64,000 bases of DNA from Verrucomicrobiales bacterium. Lineage in GTDB: Bacteria > Verrucomicrobiota > Verrucomicrobiia > Verrucomicrobiales > SLCJ01. Below the pieces are notes generated by a model. That model saw only the letters and a program-made list of their open reading frames with translations, had not been told where the DNA came from and ran no database searches. A program made the position numbers and the translations under genes. Positions within the stretch are counted from its first letter, which is position 1; every line of letters begins with the position of its first letter. The stretch lies in assembly GCA_046075565.1 (NCBI GenBank), contig JBJTQJ010000104.1, positions 1 through 64,000 on the forward strand. Direction: 5' to 3'. Positions 9,640-19,849 of this stretch are shown here, one piece after another.

Positions 9640-12051
9640 TTAGGAAATTTTGAACTTCTCCCGGAGACGCTGGCGGAGCAGTTCGGCCACGGTATTGAGG
9701 ACGAAGGTCATGATAAACAGAAGCAGTGCGCCGAAGAACAAGGCGCGGTAGTGGGTCGAGTTTTCCGGAGCCTCCGGCAGTTCGACGGCCAGGTTGGCCG
9801 AGAGCGTTCTCATGCCATTGAACGGCTGCCAGTGTGTGGCCACCGGCATGGAATCCGGCTGACCGGAAGCCCATTGGCGGATATTGTGGAAGAAGTCGCG
9901 GAAAAGCAAATTGCCATCGGGATCCATCACGGGTGTGTTCCCGGTGGCCATGACCATGATCATCGTTTCTCCAACAGCGCGGCCGAAACCGACCATGAGG
10001 GCGGAGAAGATTCCGGCGGCGGCGACCGGCAGCACGACGGTGCGGATGACCTGCCAGCGGCTGGCCCCGAGCGCTTGCGAGGCGGCGGTGAGCGATGGCG
10101 GCACATTCGAAAGGGCGTCTTCCGCGATGGTGAAGATGATGGGGATGACCGCGAAGCCCATCATGAATCCCACGACCACGCAGTTGCGGGTCTCGAACGA
10201 GGTGCCGGATTTCCACCGCCACCAGAGGCGGAAGTCGGCGGCTTCCTTGCCATCGGGCATGACCACGGTGAAGAAAGTGCGTTCGATGGCGGGCCCGAGC
10301 GACCAACCGATCCACGCCCCGAGCACGACGAGCGGAAGCATCCAGAGGAATTCACGTCCGGCGGGGATACGTCGCCTCACCGGATAGGGCAACATGCTCC
10401 AGGCATAACCGGCGAGGATGACGGCCAGCGGAATGCCCGCCACCGCTCCTAACAACGAAGGGATCTTATTTTCAATCAGCGGGGCGAGCCAGAGGGCGGC
10501 GAGGAAACCGAGCACCACCGAAGGCAGGGATGCCATGATCTCCATGGTGGGCTTGACGATGCGTTTCACTTTCGGGTGGAGCACCTGCGCGGTGTAAACG
10601 GCGGCAAGCAAGGCGATGGGAACCGCGAAAATCATCGCGTAGAAGGTGCCCTTGAGCGAACCGATGAGCAGGGGCACCATGGAAAGCTTCGGCTCGAAGT
10701 CGTCGGACGCCCCGCTCGACTGCCATTCGTGGCGCGGCCCGGAGTATCCTTCATACCAGATGCGCCCGAAGAAGGCATTCCATCCCGCTTGCGGATGGGG
10801 ATCGTGGATGTCGAGGCGGTGCAAGCCACCGGTATCGTCGAGAAGGAAAGCGACCTCCGTCTTCGGATCGAGGGTCACGGCGATTGGTTCGTAGGGCAAG
10901 GTCTCCCTCCAGCGTGTGCTCGTGGTCGTCGAGTAGCCGAGCATGGCCTCGCGTCCGGCCACGAGCAGGAAATTCTTGCCGCGTCCGCCCGCCATGAACT
11001 GGCTCGGAGCTGTCGCCATGTTGGGGAACGATCGTGTCTCGCGGAAAACCCGGATGTTCTCTCCCTCGGGAATGAGCAGGCTGAAGACCTTGACTTGACC
11101 TTTCGTGTCGGTGAGGACGAGGGAGACATCGCCGAGGAGGAAATCCATGGTCGCGATGCCGGAATCGTCGCCCGCGAAAGGATCGAATTTCTGCCGCAGT
11201 TCCGCTTTGCCGCCGGCAAGGACGAAGTAATAGACGATGCCTTCCACGGTTTCGACCAGCACTCCTTGGGCATTGCTGCTGACCAGCACGCCATGCGGCG
11301 TGCCTTCGATCATCGAGTCGAGGGAAATGGGCGCTCCGACTTCCAGTTTCCCTTTTCCTAACAAACCCGCCTTACGGGTAGCCGGGAAGATCTCCACCGA
11401 GAGGCGGCCCTCCGCTTTTTCCCGGATGCAGGCGAAGACCTCGGCGGTGGCGCTGGTCGCAGCCGATAGGGATTTGACCGGGCCGGCGGCGTCGCCGAAA
11501 ACCGGACCGGCTGCCGGAGCGGCGGTAATGGTTGACGAGCCGTCGCCACCATATTGCGATTTGTAATTGAGCGAGACCGCGGTCACCCGTCCGTCGAACG
11601 AGCCAAGCAGGATGCGGCCGTTTTTTGGATCCGGTTTGGCGACACTGGTCTGGAAATCCTCCGGGATCGGCAAAGGAACCGATTCGGGCGTCGTGGATGA
11701 ACCATCGGGGGAAAGGCGGGCGAAGGTCAGGCTGCGGCCACCACCATAGATGTAGGGCAGCCTCGCCCACTCGTCGGTGCCGAGAATCGTCCCGGCAGGC
11801 TTCGGACCGGATCCCGTGGAAAGGGTGGCGGATTCCTTGACCTGCGCGCCGCGAAAAAGCGGGATGGTTTTGGCGAGAATGAAGACAAGAATACCGAAGA
11901 CGGCAATGATCACGGCGAGACCTCCGCCGTGAATGGCGAAGGTCATGAACCGATCCAGCAGGAGCGTGCCGCGGGCGACTTGGAAGCGGGCGAGGGAACG
12001 CGCGTCTTCTTCAGGCGGACGACCCGCGGGTAGGGTGAAATTCTCGCTCAT
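9640..12051 (-). CDS. pstC: Phosphate ABC transporter permease PstC, long form
   Basis: KPTMEIMASLPSVVLGF, IAEDALSNVP, GRAVGETMIMVMATGN; large beta-rich extramembrane domain; start set at MSENF. Confidence 0.93.
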   Translation of the reverse strand: MSENFTLPAGRPPEEDARSLARFQVARGTLLLDRFMTFAIHGGGLAVIIAVFGILVFILAKTIPLFRGAQVKESATLSTGSGPKPAGTILGTDEWARLPYIYGGGRSLTFARLSPDGSSTTPESVPLPIPEDFQTSVAKPDPKNGRILLGSFDGRVTAVSLNYKSQYGGDGSSTITAAPAAGPVFGDAAGPVKSLSAATSATAEVFACIREKAEGRLSVEIFPATRKAGLLGKGKLEVGAPISLDSMIEGTPHGVLVSSNAQGVLVETVEGIVYYFVLAGGKAELRQKFDPFAGDDSGIATMDFLLGDVSLVLTDTKGQVKVFSLLIPEGENIRVFRETRSFPNMATAPSQFMAGGRGKNFLLVAGREAMLGYSTTTSTRWRETLPYEPIAVTLDPKTEVAFLLDDTGGLHRLDIHDPHPQAGWNAFFGRIWYEGYSGPRHEWQSSGASDDFEPKLSMVPLLIGSLKGTFYAMIFAVPIALLAAVYTAQVLHPKVKRIVKPTMEIMASLPSVVLGFLAALWLAPLIENKIPSLLGAVAGIPLAVILAGYAWSMLPYPVRRRIPAGREFLWMLPLVVLGAWIGWSLGPAIERTFFTVVMPDGKEAADFRLWWRWKSGTSFETRNCVVVGFMMGFAVIPIIFTIAEDALSNVPPSLTAASQALGASRWQVIRTVVLPVAAAGIFSALMVGFGRAVGETMIMVMATGNTPVMDPDGNLLFRDFFHNIRQWASGQPDSMPVATHWQPFNGMRTLSANLAVELPEAPENSTHYRALFFGALLLFIMTFVLNTVAELLRQRLREKFKIS

Positions 12052-12106
12052 GCGGGGGCCTTGTGGGCCGGGCAAACCATGGATGAGGCGGGAAAATTCG
12101 CCAGCG

Positions 12107-12140
12107 AAAAGGCCCCGGAACCGTTGGATTCCGGGGCCTT
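12107..12140 (-). terminator. Hairpin after pstS (terminator or mRNA stabiliser)
   Basis: aaggccccggaa-N8-ttccggggcctt 12-bp stem, with a short T run on the minus strand, between pstS and pstC. Confidence 0.75.
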
Positions 12141-12163
12141 CGCTGGGAAGACCGAATGAGAGC

Positions 12164-13108
12164 TTATTCGATGGCTTTGTGGGCTTCGGCGGCGACTTCG
12201 GCCGGCATTGGGTAGTAGCCGTCCTTGACCACGATCTCCTGGCCGTCTTTCGAGAGCACGAACTTGAGGAATTCCTTCGTCAGCGTGTCCATGGCGGCAC
12301 CGGGCTTTTTGTTCACGGCGATGGTCAGGAAACGGGCCATCGGGTAATCGCCGGAAAGGCAGTTCTCATAGCTGGGTTCAAAGAATTTTCCGGCTTCGCT
12401 GCCCAAGGCCACGGATTTCACGGCGGCGGTGCGGTAGCCAATGCCCGAGTATCCGAGCGAATAGAGGTCGCTACCAACCCCTTGCACGACACCGGAGGAA
12501 CCGGGTTGTTCCTTGACCGACGAGCGGAAGTCCCCTTTGCCCAGCGCGTGGTCCTTGAAGAACCCGTAGGTGCCGGAGGCGCTGTTACGGCCATAAAGGG
12601 AAATCGGGCGGCCTTTCCAGGCATCGAGACCGAGTTGGCCCCATTCGGTGGTGTCGGTTCCCCCGAGTTTGCGGGTGCTCGAGAAAATACCGTCCACCTG
12701 GGCCAGGGTCAGGCCCTGGATGGGATTGTCCTTGTGCGCCCAGAGCGCGAGGGCATCGATGGAGACCTGCACTTCGGTCGGCTTGTAGCCCATCTTCTTC
12801 TCGAACTCGTCGATTTCCTCGCCTTTCATCGGACGGCTCATCGGCCCGAGCTGGGCCGTGCCCGCGATGAGGGCGGGGGGCGCGGTCGATGTGCCCTTGC
12901 CTTCGATTTGGATCACCACATTCGGGTATTTGGCCTTGAAACCTTCCGCCCAAAGGGTCATCAGGTTGTTCAGCGTGTCGGATCCGATGGAGTTCAGGGT
13001 CCCGGATACCCCCGGCACGGCTTGGTAGGCGGGCAGGGCGGGGTCAACTTGCACCGGGGCAGCTGCCAGGGAGCTGGCGATGGCGAGGAATAAAACGGAC
13101 TTTTTCAT
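12164..13108 (-). CDS. pstS: Phosphate-binding periplasmic protein
   Basis: Signal peptide MKKSVLFLAIASSLAA; GSDTLNNLM, GKGTSTAPPAL, YGRNSASGTYGFFK, GYSGIGY. ORF track start is over-extended. Confidence 0.95.
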   Translation of the reverse strand: MKKSVLFLAIASSLAAAPVQVDPALPAYQAVPGVSGTLNSIGSDTLNNLMTLWAEGFKAKYPNVVIQIEGKGTSTAPPALIAGTAQLGPMSRPMKGEEIDEFEKKMGYKPTEVQVSIDALALWAHKDNPIQGLTLAQVDGIFSSTRKLGGTDTTEWGQLGLDAWKGRPISLYGRNSASGTYGFFKDHALGKGDFRSSVKEQPGSSGVVQGVGSDLYSLGYSGIGYRTAAVKSVALGSEAGKFFEPSYENCLSGDYPMARFLTIAVNKKPGAAMDTLTKEFLKFVLSKDGQEIVVKDGYYPMPAEVAAEAHKAIE

Positions 13109-13209
13109 GGTTAGTTTGGATTGGGTCGGGTGGTGGCGGTCTGCCGATGCGGTGGACGAGCCAACAATTCCAAAGATGGAGGCGGGGCCCAATTTCCTCC
13201 CCTTCTTTT

Positions 13210-13264
13210 GTGTGAAGAAATTGTCACAAACGCGGTTTTGACGCATTGTGACTAGATTGACACA
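13210..13264. promoter_or_regulatory. Pho-box-like operator(s) in the divergent pstS / pstB2 promoter
   Basis: GTGTGAAGAAATTGTCACAA (13210-13229) plus an additional TTGTGAC half-site at 13246. Confidence 0.75.
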
Positions 13265-13318
13265 TTCCCCGACTTGCCCGTATGCCATTCCTCGGGCAGA
13301 CTCCCACCCCCCGCCACC

Positions 13319-14128
13319 ATGCCGATTGCCGCCCAAAATCCCCCGACCGCTCCGACGAAGCCGGATGCGGACACGACCGCCATTCTGGTCGAAGAGGTGG
13401 ATTTCCACTATGGGACCAACAAGGCGCTGAAGGGGATCTCGATGGAAATTCCCCGCAACGAAGTCACGGCTTTCATCGGCCCTTCGGGATGTGGAAAATC
13501 AACCCTCCTCCGCTGCTTCAACCGGATGAACGACCTTGTCGAGGGAGCGCGCGTCACCGCCGGGCGCATCCTCGTGCACGGGGAAGATATCAACACCCGC
13601 GACCTCGATCCGGTTCGCTTGCGTCGGGAAGTGGGGATGGTTTTCCAGAAGAGCAATCCTTTCCCGCTCTCGATTTATGAAAATGTCGCCTACGGGCTCC
13701 GCATCGCCGGTCTGAAGGACGACGCGGCCATTCGTGAAGCTGTGGAAACCAGCCTGCGCGGAGCCGCGCTCTGGGACGAGGTGAAGGATCGACTCAAGGA
13801 CAGCGCCCTCGGACTCTCCGGCGGGCAGCAGCAACGGCTTTGCATTGCCCGTTCCATGGCCGTGAAACCCCGTGTGCTGTTGATGGATGAACCCTGCTCC
13901 GCCCTTGACCCGATTGCCACGGCCAAAGTAGAGGAACTCATCCGCCAACTCCGTGAACAGGTCAGCATTGTGATCGTGACCCACAACATGCAGCAGGCCG
14001 CGCGTGTCTCCGAGCAAACGGCATTCTTCTACCTCGGTGAACTCATCGAATACGGTCCAACCACCCGCATCTTCACGAATCCGCAACAGGCCCGCACCGA
14101 AGCCTACGTCACCGGGCGATTCGGTTGA
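13319..14128 (+). CDS. pstB: Second phosphate ABC ATP-binding protein
   Basis: [48 protein letters not shown]. Confidence 0.96.
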   Translation: MPIAAQNPPTAPTKPDADTTAILVEEVDFHYGTNKALKGISMEIPRNEVTAFIGPSGCGKSTLLRCFNRMNDLVEGARVTAGRILVHGEDINTRDLDPVRLRREVGMVFQKSNPFPLSIYENVAYGLRIAGLKDDAAIREAVETSLRGAALWDEVKDRLKDSALGLSGGQQQRLCIARSMAVKPRVLLMDEPCSALDPIATAKVEELIRQLREQVSIVIVTHNMQQAARVSEQTAFFYLGELIEYGPTTRIFTNPQQARTEAYVTGRFG

Positions 14129-14148
14129 AAATATCCACCCGCTCCGCC

Positions 14149-14790
14149 ATGTCCCCCCATATCTTATCGTCTTACGAGGAAGCGCTTGATGATCTGCGCG
14201 CCCTCGCCCGTTCGCTCTGCGATCAAGCCCTCGCCAATGTGGAGGCCGCCCGCCGGGGTGTGCTTGGTCGTTCGGATGCCGATTGCGCCCGTGCCATCGC
14301 CGATGATGATCTGGTCAACCAGATCGAACGCAAGATCGACGCCCGCGGTATCGACGTGCTCACCCGCTTCCAACCCGTGGCCGGCGATCTGCGTTTCGTG
14401 ATCGCGGTCATGAGGGTCGCCTCCAACATCGAACGCGTCGCCGACGAGGCCAAGAACATCGGGCGCCGCGGACGCATCCTGCTCGCCACCGAGGTCGATC
14501 TCTCATCACTCGAAGGACTCTTCCAGCTTGCCATCGAGGAGGTCACCGAGGCAGTCCGCGCATTCTTTGAAAAAGATCGCGACCTCGCCGCCACCTTGCG
14601 CCCGAAAGACAAATCACTCGACGCAATGCACCGCAGCATGATCGAGGACCTCACCGCCCGTATCGCAGCCAACCACGACGCGGCGGCGGATTACCTCCAC
14701 TTGTTGTTCATCGCCCGTTCCCTCGAACGCATTGGCGATCACGCCAAGAACATCGCCGAGGAAACGGCCTTCGTCTGCGGTCCGGCTTGA
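14149..14790 (+). CDS. phoU: Phosphate signalling protein PhoU
   Basis: QPVAGDLR, IERVADEAKNI and LERIGDHAKNIAE repeats; follows pstB. Confidence 0.95.
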   Translation: MSPHILSSYEEALDDLRALARSLCDQALANVEAARRGVLGRSDADCARAIADDDLVNQIERKIDARGIDVLTRFQPVAGDLRFVIAVMRVASNIERVADEAKNIGRRGRILLATEVDLSSLEGLFQLAIEEVTEAVRAFFEKDRDLAATLRPKDKSLDAMHRSMIEDLTARIAANHDAAADYLHLLFIARSLERIGDHAKNIAEETAFVCGPA

Positions 14791-14812
14791 AGCCAGCGGC
14801 GTTTACCAAATT

Positions 14813-14911
14813 GCAAGACCGGGACGGTCTTGCTACGACTGCGTTGGATGCCCACAGGAGATTTCCCCTTGATTTGCCATGTCGGCCGTAGCAAGAGCGT
14901 CTCGCTCTTGC
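14813..14911. repeat. REP-like inverted pair, family B (GTAGCAAG...)
   Basis: 14813-14837 reverse complement CGTAGCAAGACCGTCCCGGTCTTGC and 14887-14911 CGTAGCAAGAGCGTCTCGCTCTTGC; each is a GTAG-led hairpin. Confidence 0.85.
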
Positions 14912-14949
14912 CCCGGAGCGATAGGCTTGCCAAGTGAACTGCACTGAGC

Positions 14950-16365
14950 TTAAAGCCAGCGTGGACTCTTCGTTGCGGGCGCAGGAGATTCTTTCGGCAG
15001 TCCTCCCATAGGAAGAGAGAACTCGCGAATGTTCTCCAGCGATTTGCGCGCGGCTTCGAGCATCTCCTTCACTTTTTCCGGATGTTCGGCGGCCAGGTTG
15101 TGGGATTCATCCGGATTCGCCTCCAGATCGAACAAGGCGGGTCCCGACTCGGAGCCCGGAATGTCTTTTACCTCATCGAAGAATAGCTTCCATTGGCCGA
15201 TGCGGATGGCCTGGGGTTCGGCCCAACCTTCCCAGTAAAGCAACTGCGTGCGGGCATGCGGCGGTCCATTTTCCTTGCCAAGAAATGATGGCCACACGTC
15301 AACGCCATCCATGGGAATCTCCGCGGCAACATGGGCCATGGAAACCCCACAGGCACGGGCCAGTGTGGGGAAGATATCGATGGCGCATACCATATCGTCG
15401 ATGGTTTGTCCGGCCGGAATCGTTCCCGGCCACGCCACGATACCAGGAACGCGGGTACCACCTTCCATGGAAGACCACTTGCGACCGCGGAGAGGTCCCG
15501 CGCTGTTGAATCCCTTTTGGCTGGGTTCGGGACCATTGTCCGAGAGGAAAAACACCAGCGTGTTTTCCCTCTGCCCGCTCTCCTTGAGCGCGGAGAGAAT
15601 CTCACCAATCCGGGAATCGAGTTCTTCAACCACATCGCCATAGGCGCCGTTCGTGGATTTGCCCTTCAAATCGGGATGCGCTTCGGCGGGAAAGTGCGGG
15701 GCGGTGAAAGGCAGATAAAGGAAAAACGGCCGATGGTCTTTGGCTTGGATCACCCGGATCGCCTCGCGGGTGAAATGTTCGGTCAGCAAGCGGTTGTCCA
15801 CCGCGTCGGTAACGAGCTCCCCATTCCTCCAGAGTTTTTTGGTCTGATTGTTGCTCGAAAGAATGCAGAGCGATTCGTTGAAGCCACGGGCATTCGGCAA
15901 CATCTCCGGTGCTTCACCGAGATGCCATTTTCCGGAGATGGCGGTTTGATAGCCTGCCGTCTTGAAGACCTCGGCCATCGTGCGGATGGAAGAAGAAAGA
16001 CCGGTGGACGGCGACATCTTGTGACCCATCACTCCGCCCGTCCATCCTATTCGGGAGGGATAACGTCCGGTCATTAAAGCCATGCGGGATGGTGTGCAGA
16101 CGGTGCCACCGGAGTAGAAGTTCGTGAAGCGTGCCCCATCAGCAGCCAATTTATCGAGCACCGGCGTGCGCATTTTCTCCCCTTTGAAGCAGGATAAGTC
16201 TCCATAGCCGAGATCATCGGCCATGATGAGGATCACATTCGGTCCGGGTTTTGTTTCGGCGGGCAGTTGCAAGGCATCGAGCAGGAAAACCGCGAAACCG
16301 AGCAGGTGTAAGAAGCGGCGCCGCGGCTCCCGCCAAGGGAAAGCGATGGAAGCGGAGGAAAACAT
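14950..16365 (-). CDS. Sulfatase (S1, Cys-type)
   Basis: ADDLGYGD, CTPSRMALMTG, GKWHLG, SDNGP, EGGTRVP; start uncertain. Confidence 0.93.
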   Translation of the reverse strand: MFSSASIAFPWREPRRRFLHLLGFAVFLLDALQLPAETKPGPNVILIMADDLGYGDLSCFKGEKMRTPVLDKLAADGARFTNFYSGGTVCTPSRMALMTGRYPSRIGWTGGVMGHKMSPSTGLSSSIRTMAEVFKTAGYQTAISGKWHLGEAPEMLPNARGFNESLCILSSNNQTKKLWRNGELVTDAVDNRLLTEHFTREAIRVIQAKDHRPFFLYLPFTAPHFPAEAHPDLKGKSTNGAYGDVVEELDSRIGEILSALKESGQRENTLVFFLSDNGPEPSQKGFNSAGPLRGRKWSSMEGGTRVPGIVAWPGTIPAGQTIDDMVCAIDIFPTLARACGVSMAHVAAEIPMDGVDVWPSFLGKENGPPHARTQLLYWEGWAEPQAIRIGQWKLFFDEVKDIPGSESGPALFDLEANPDESHNLAAEHPEKVKEMLEAARKSLENIREFSLPMGGLPKESPAPATKSPRWL

Positions 16366-16475
16366 GTCGAACGAATGGGGGAGGGGAATCGGGAAAAATC
16401 GACCGGCCAATTCGGCTTCGAAGGGCCATCGGAAAAATCCGCATGGGCATTCCTAATGTCCGATCACGACAGATC

Positions 16476-18878
16476 TCACTGGATGCGTCGAAGCTTTGGT
16501 GTTTCGGTGGCGGCCTTGATGGTTTCGATGGTCTCGCGCAGGCACTTTGCCTTCATGATCATGAGGTGTTTCGGGAAATCGAGTTCTTCGCTTTCGAAGT
16601 AGACCGCCAGCTTCTCCAACTGTGGAATCATGGCTTTGGCGTGTGTGCCATAGGGAAGAAGAAGCTTCATGATCTCCGGGGTGCGGTTCTCGCTGGACCA
16701 AGGATTCTGTTCCCGTGCATATTGCACGATGACCGGCACACCCTCGGCAACGAGGTGTTTGGAAAGAAGGCGGCATCCGCCAAGTCGGATTTCATCGGCG
16801 AACATCTCGCCGCTGGGCGCGGAAACTTTCACTGCCTGGAGGATAGCGGGTAAAAGTGGCTGGATCTCTTCGTAGGATAGGTTGTCGTAAACGGAGACGA
16901 AACTGCCCCGCGAATGACCATCCTGGTTAAGCAGTCCGGCTTTCACCGCCTTGTAGAGTGCGGCACGGTCCACTCCCTCGAGGGAACGCCCGAGCAGACC
17001 TTCACGGCGATCGAATAGCACATTGCTGATGTATCGCTGGTGCATGTTGCGGGGATCATTGGCCCGGTCCTCCCGGGTCACGAGTTCGAGCAACTGAGGC
17101 ACGGTCTTTTTGGCGGGCTCGCCGATGCCGGCGAGCGCTTGCGCGGCTTCCACGCGCAACCACATGTCATCCTGGCTCAGGCAAGCTTGCAGGGCATCCA
17201 CGGCCGGGGCAGCTCGACCGCCCAGACGTTCGAGGGATTCACACGCGCCATAGCGCTCGAGCAGGTTTTGCGACTGCAACAAGGCAATCAGGGCCTCGAT
17301 GGGCGGCTCATTGAGGCGACTGAGTGCCATGGCGGACCGTTCGCGCACGATCGGCGACCAACTCGACAGGCGTTTGAGCAATTCCTGCTCGCCCAAGCCG
17401 TCATAAAAGCTGGTCCGATCCTTGTTGTTCCATCCTTGTCCGTCGGCGATGATCGATGCGGCGGCGGCCGCATCAAGTTGGGGCACGCCACTCGCGCGCT
17501 TTCCGGTGAGATAGATTTTTTTCAACGGCATGGCATAGGCCAACATACAGACGCCCGTTGCGTCCCAACCATGGTAGCTGTCGTGATCGGGTTCCGGTGG
17601 CCCGAGGTGGACGAAGGTCCCGTCATGGCGTCGGGCGAGATCAAAATACCACGAACCGAACTCCTTCATCCACGAGCCGGTGGCTTGCGGGCCGGAAAGC
17701 GCCACTCCGGGAATGGCCCAGGCGATGTTGAAGAAGTTGCCGGTGTGGCCGCCATCCCGTTCTGGCCCATGGGAAGCCAGGGACATTCGCGAGAAAAATT
17801 CCGCGCTGGGTTTCTCGTCCGTCAGATTGAATAGGACTGCAGCCATGCCGTTTTTGCCGTTGTCCTCGTGGGTTTCCGTCCATGCCGCGTGATCGCCGTA
17901 GGGAACGGATCCCTTTCCGACGTAGAACCGCAAGAGAAATAAACTCTTCTCGATGGCCTTCGAAATCTCCGGGTCTTTCACCCCTGCGGCACTGGCCATG
18001 ACAAGGGAAATGGTGAGGGGCACACCGGGGGCATTCATCATGCCGTAGCCGGAGAGTCTCCCATCCGGTCTGGCAAAGCGATGGCCCCAGGAGCCCACGG
18101 CACTCTGGCCATTGGCTGCCTCGAGGGCGATGCGGCGCAAACCCGGCAGAACGGAATCATCGCCGGTGGCGAGAATGTATTCGGAGAGAAACAGCATCAC
18201 ATAGCCATAATACCAGGTCTGGTAACCATTGGTCGTGTAGCCCGCCGCCCAGTTCGCTTCGCTCTTCACCAATGGCATATAGTCGGGATCGCCGCTGGCC
18301 AGGAGCGCGAGTGCGTTGATCGAACGCACGATGGCATCTTGCTGATGCGCCGAAGTCGCCACCGAATCGGCAAGCGCGCGGCATCCCTGTTCGAAGATAC
18401 GTTTTGACTTCGCGCACTCGAAGGGAGCTGTTGCACTGTAGTCGCCGAGCACGGGAAGCGTGAGCGCCACATCCGCCGTTTCGCCTTCGCGCCAGCGGGT
18501 GATGATCAGCTTTCCACCGCCCGCTTCCGATTCGGCGGCGGTGAGAGCTTTGCCAAATTCAGTGCGGGGATCATAGGAAAAAGGTTTGCCACCAACTCCG
18601 AGAATCACATCGCCCGTTTCGAAGGAACCCTCGGCCGGCGAGCCTTTGTCCACGGTGGTGACATAAATCTGGCGCGCTTCGGAAGTGACGAACTTGTTGG
18701 TATAGATCCAGCCGCGCAGTCCGGTCGCACCGAGATTCCAATCGTGCTTCGCCATTTGCGGAATCGGATCGCCTTTCGTGAAATCCGGGTTCGCCGTTTG
18801 ATTCCTGCCCGCCGCCAGGGCCGGGGAAATGAGAAGGAACGCGCATCCAAGTAAGGCAATCGTTGGTTTGATTCGCAT
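16476..18878 (-). CDS. Secreted DUF6288-like protein with PDZ-like and C-terminal HEAT-repeat domains
   Basis: Signal peptide; WNLGATGLRGW, GSPAEGSFETGDVILGV, GSWGH, GYGMMN, GSVPYGDH; HEAT-like repeats after ~aa 490. Confidence 0.75.
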   Translation of the reverse strand: MRIKPTIALLGCAFLLISPALAAGRNQTANPDFTKGDPIPQMAKHDWNLGATGLRGWIYTNKFVTSEARQIYVTTVDKGSPAEGSFETGDVILGVGGKPFSYDPRTEFGKALTAAESEAGGGKLIITRWREGETADVALTLPVLGDYSATAPFECAKSKRIFEQGCRALADSVATSAHQQDAIVRSINALALLASGDPDYMPLVKSEANWAAGYTTNGYQTWYYGYVMLFLSEYILATGDDSVLPGLRRIALEAANGQSAVGSWGHRFARPDGRLSGYGMMNAPGVPLTISLVMASAAGVKDPEISKAIEKSLFLLRFYVGKGSVPYGDHAAWTETHEDNGKNGMAAVLFNLTDEKPSAEFFSRMSLASHGPERDGGHTGNFFNIAWAIPGVALSGPQATGSWMKEFGSWYFDLARRHDGTFVHLGPPEPDHDSYHGWDATGVCMLAYAMPLKKIYLTGKRASGVPQLDAAAAASIIADGQGWNNKDRTSFYDGLGEQELLKRLSSWSPIVRERSAMALSRLNEPPIEALIALLQSQNLLERYGACESLERLGGRAAPAVDALQACLSQDDMWLRVEAAQALAGIGEPAKKTVPQLLELVTREDRANDPRNMHQRYISNVLFDRREGLLGRSLEGVDRAALYKAVKAGLLNQDGHSRGSFVSVYDNLSYEEIQPLLPAILQAVKVSAPSGEMFADEIRLGGCRLLSKHLVAEGVPVIVQYAREQNPWSSENRTPEIMKLLLPYGTHAKAMIPQLEKLAVYFESEELDFPKHLMIMKAKCLRETIETIKAATETPKLRRIQ

Positions 18879-19051
18879 GGCGGTCTTGATGGTTTGGAGG
18901 ATCCGGAACGAATGAATGAACCCTGAAGCCTCAGCGGAGAAAGCAGCATCGTCAATGTGGAATTCACCCGGCAGGCCCGATGGCGCGGGGAGAAGTACCC
19001 TTGTTTTCAGGGCAAATTGGCCTACGTTTATTCCGTTGCCAGCGGCGAGCC

Positions 19052-19849
19052 ATGATCCGTATCCTGCTGTCCATCCTCTTTCTCACCTCACAGATGCCCG
19101 GCCTGCGGGCGGGGGAATCCGTGATCAAGGATATGCAGGGCATGGATTGCCATGTTTATACTCCGGAGAAGATGGACGCGGGCATCCGTTACCAACTGGT
19201 GGTCGGCGTGCACGGAGCGGGAGGCAATGGCAAAGGAGCGAATGGAATCGCGGGCTGGGCCAAGCGCGGCGACGTGATTGTCATCGGGCCGTCGTTTGTT
19301 TCCAAAGGAGAGCGCCCCTATCAGAATGGCGACGGGATTCATGCCGAAAAGCTGATCGCCTTGGCCAAATCCCTCGGCGAGACCTACAAGCTCAACGACA
19401 AAATGTTCCTCCATGGCTTCTCGGGTGGGGCGCAGTTCGTGCATCGCTTCGCCATGCTACATCCCCAGCACGTTTGTGGCGTCTCCGCACACTCGGCCGG
19501 CAGTTGGGCAACAGATGGATATGGGGAGTTCAGCACGGCAGCCAAAAAGATTCCGTTCGCCATTTCCTGCGGGGAAAAGGACACCGCGAAATCATTTCCC
19601 GAAGCTCCTTTCACGAGGATAGAATGGTTCGGCCGATTCCGCGACGCGCTCGATAAAGGGCGTTTCACCCATGTCGCGGCAACTTGGCCGGGCGTCGGAC
19701 ATTCTTCTTCGGTAGGAGTCATGGATTTCGCGAAGCAATGTTTTCAGCTCTCCACCGGATTACCCGGGGAAAATGCCACGACTACGGTTGCCATCACCGA
19801 CCAATGGAAAAACCTCGACAAGGCCCGCCTGCAAGCCGCGTGCCGCTGA
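19052..19849 (+). CDS. Secreted alpha/beta hydrolase (esterase-like); possibly frameshifted
   Basis: Signal peptide, VGVHGAGG, nucleophile elbow GFSGGAQF, CGEKD, PGVGH. Confidence 0.8.
   Translation: MIRILLSILFLTSQMPGLRAGESVIKDMQGMDCHVYTPEKMDAGIRYQLVVGVHGAGGNGKGANGIAGWAKRGDVIVIGPSFVSKGERPYQNGDGIHAEKLIALAKSLGETYKLNDKMFLHGFSGGAQFVHRFAMLHPQHVCGVSAHSAGSWATDGYGEFSTAAKKIPFAISCGEKDTAKSFPEAPFTRIEWFGRFRDALDKGRFTHVAATWPGVGHSSSVGVMDFAKQCFQLSTGLPGENATTTVAITDQWKNLDKARLQAACR

Noticed and set aside
13109-13408. 100-aa N-terminal extension of PstS
   Set aside because: Overlaps pstB2 and the operator region; the signal peptide begins at 13108
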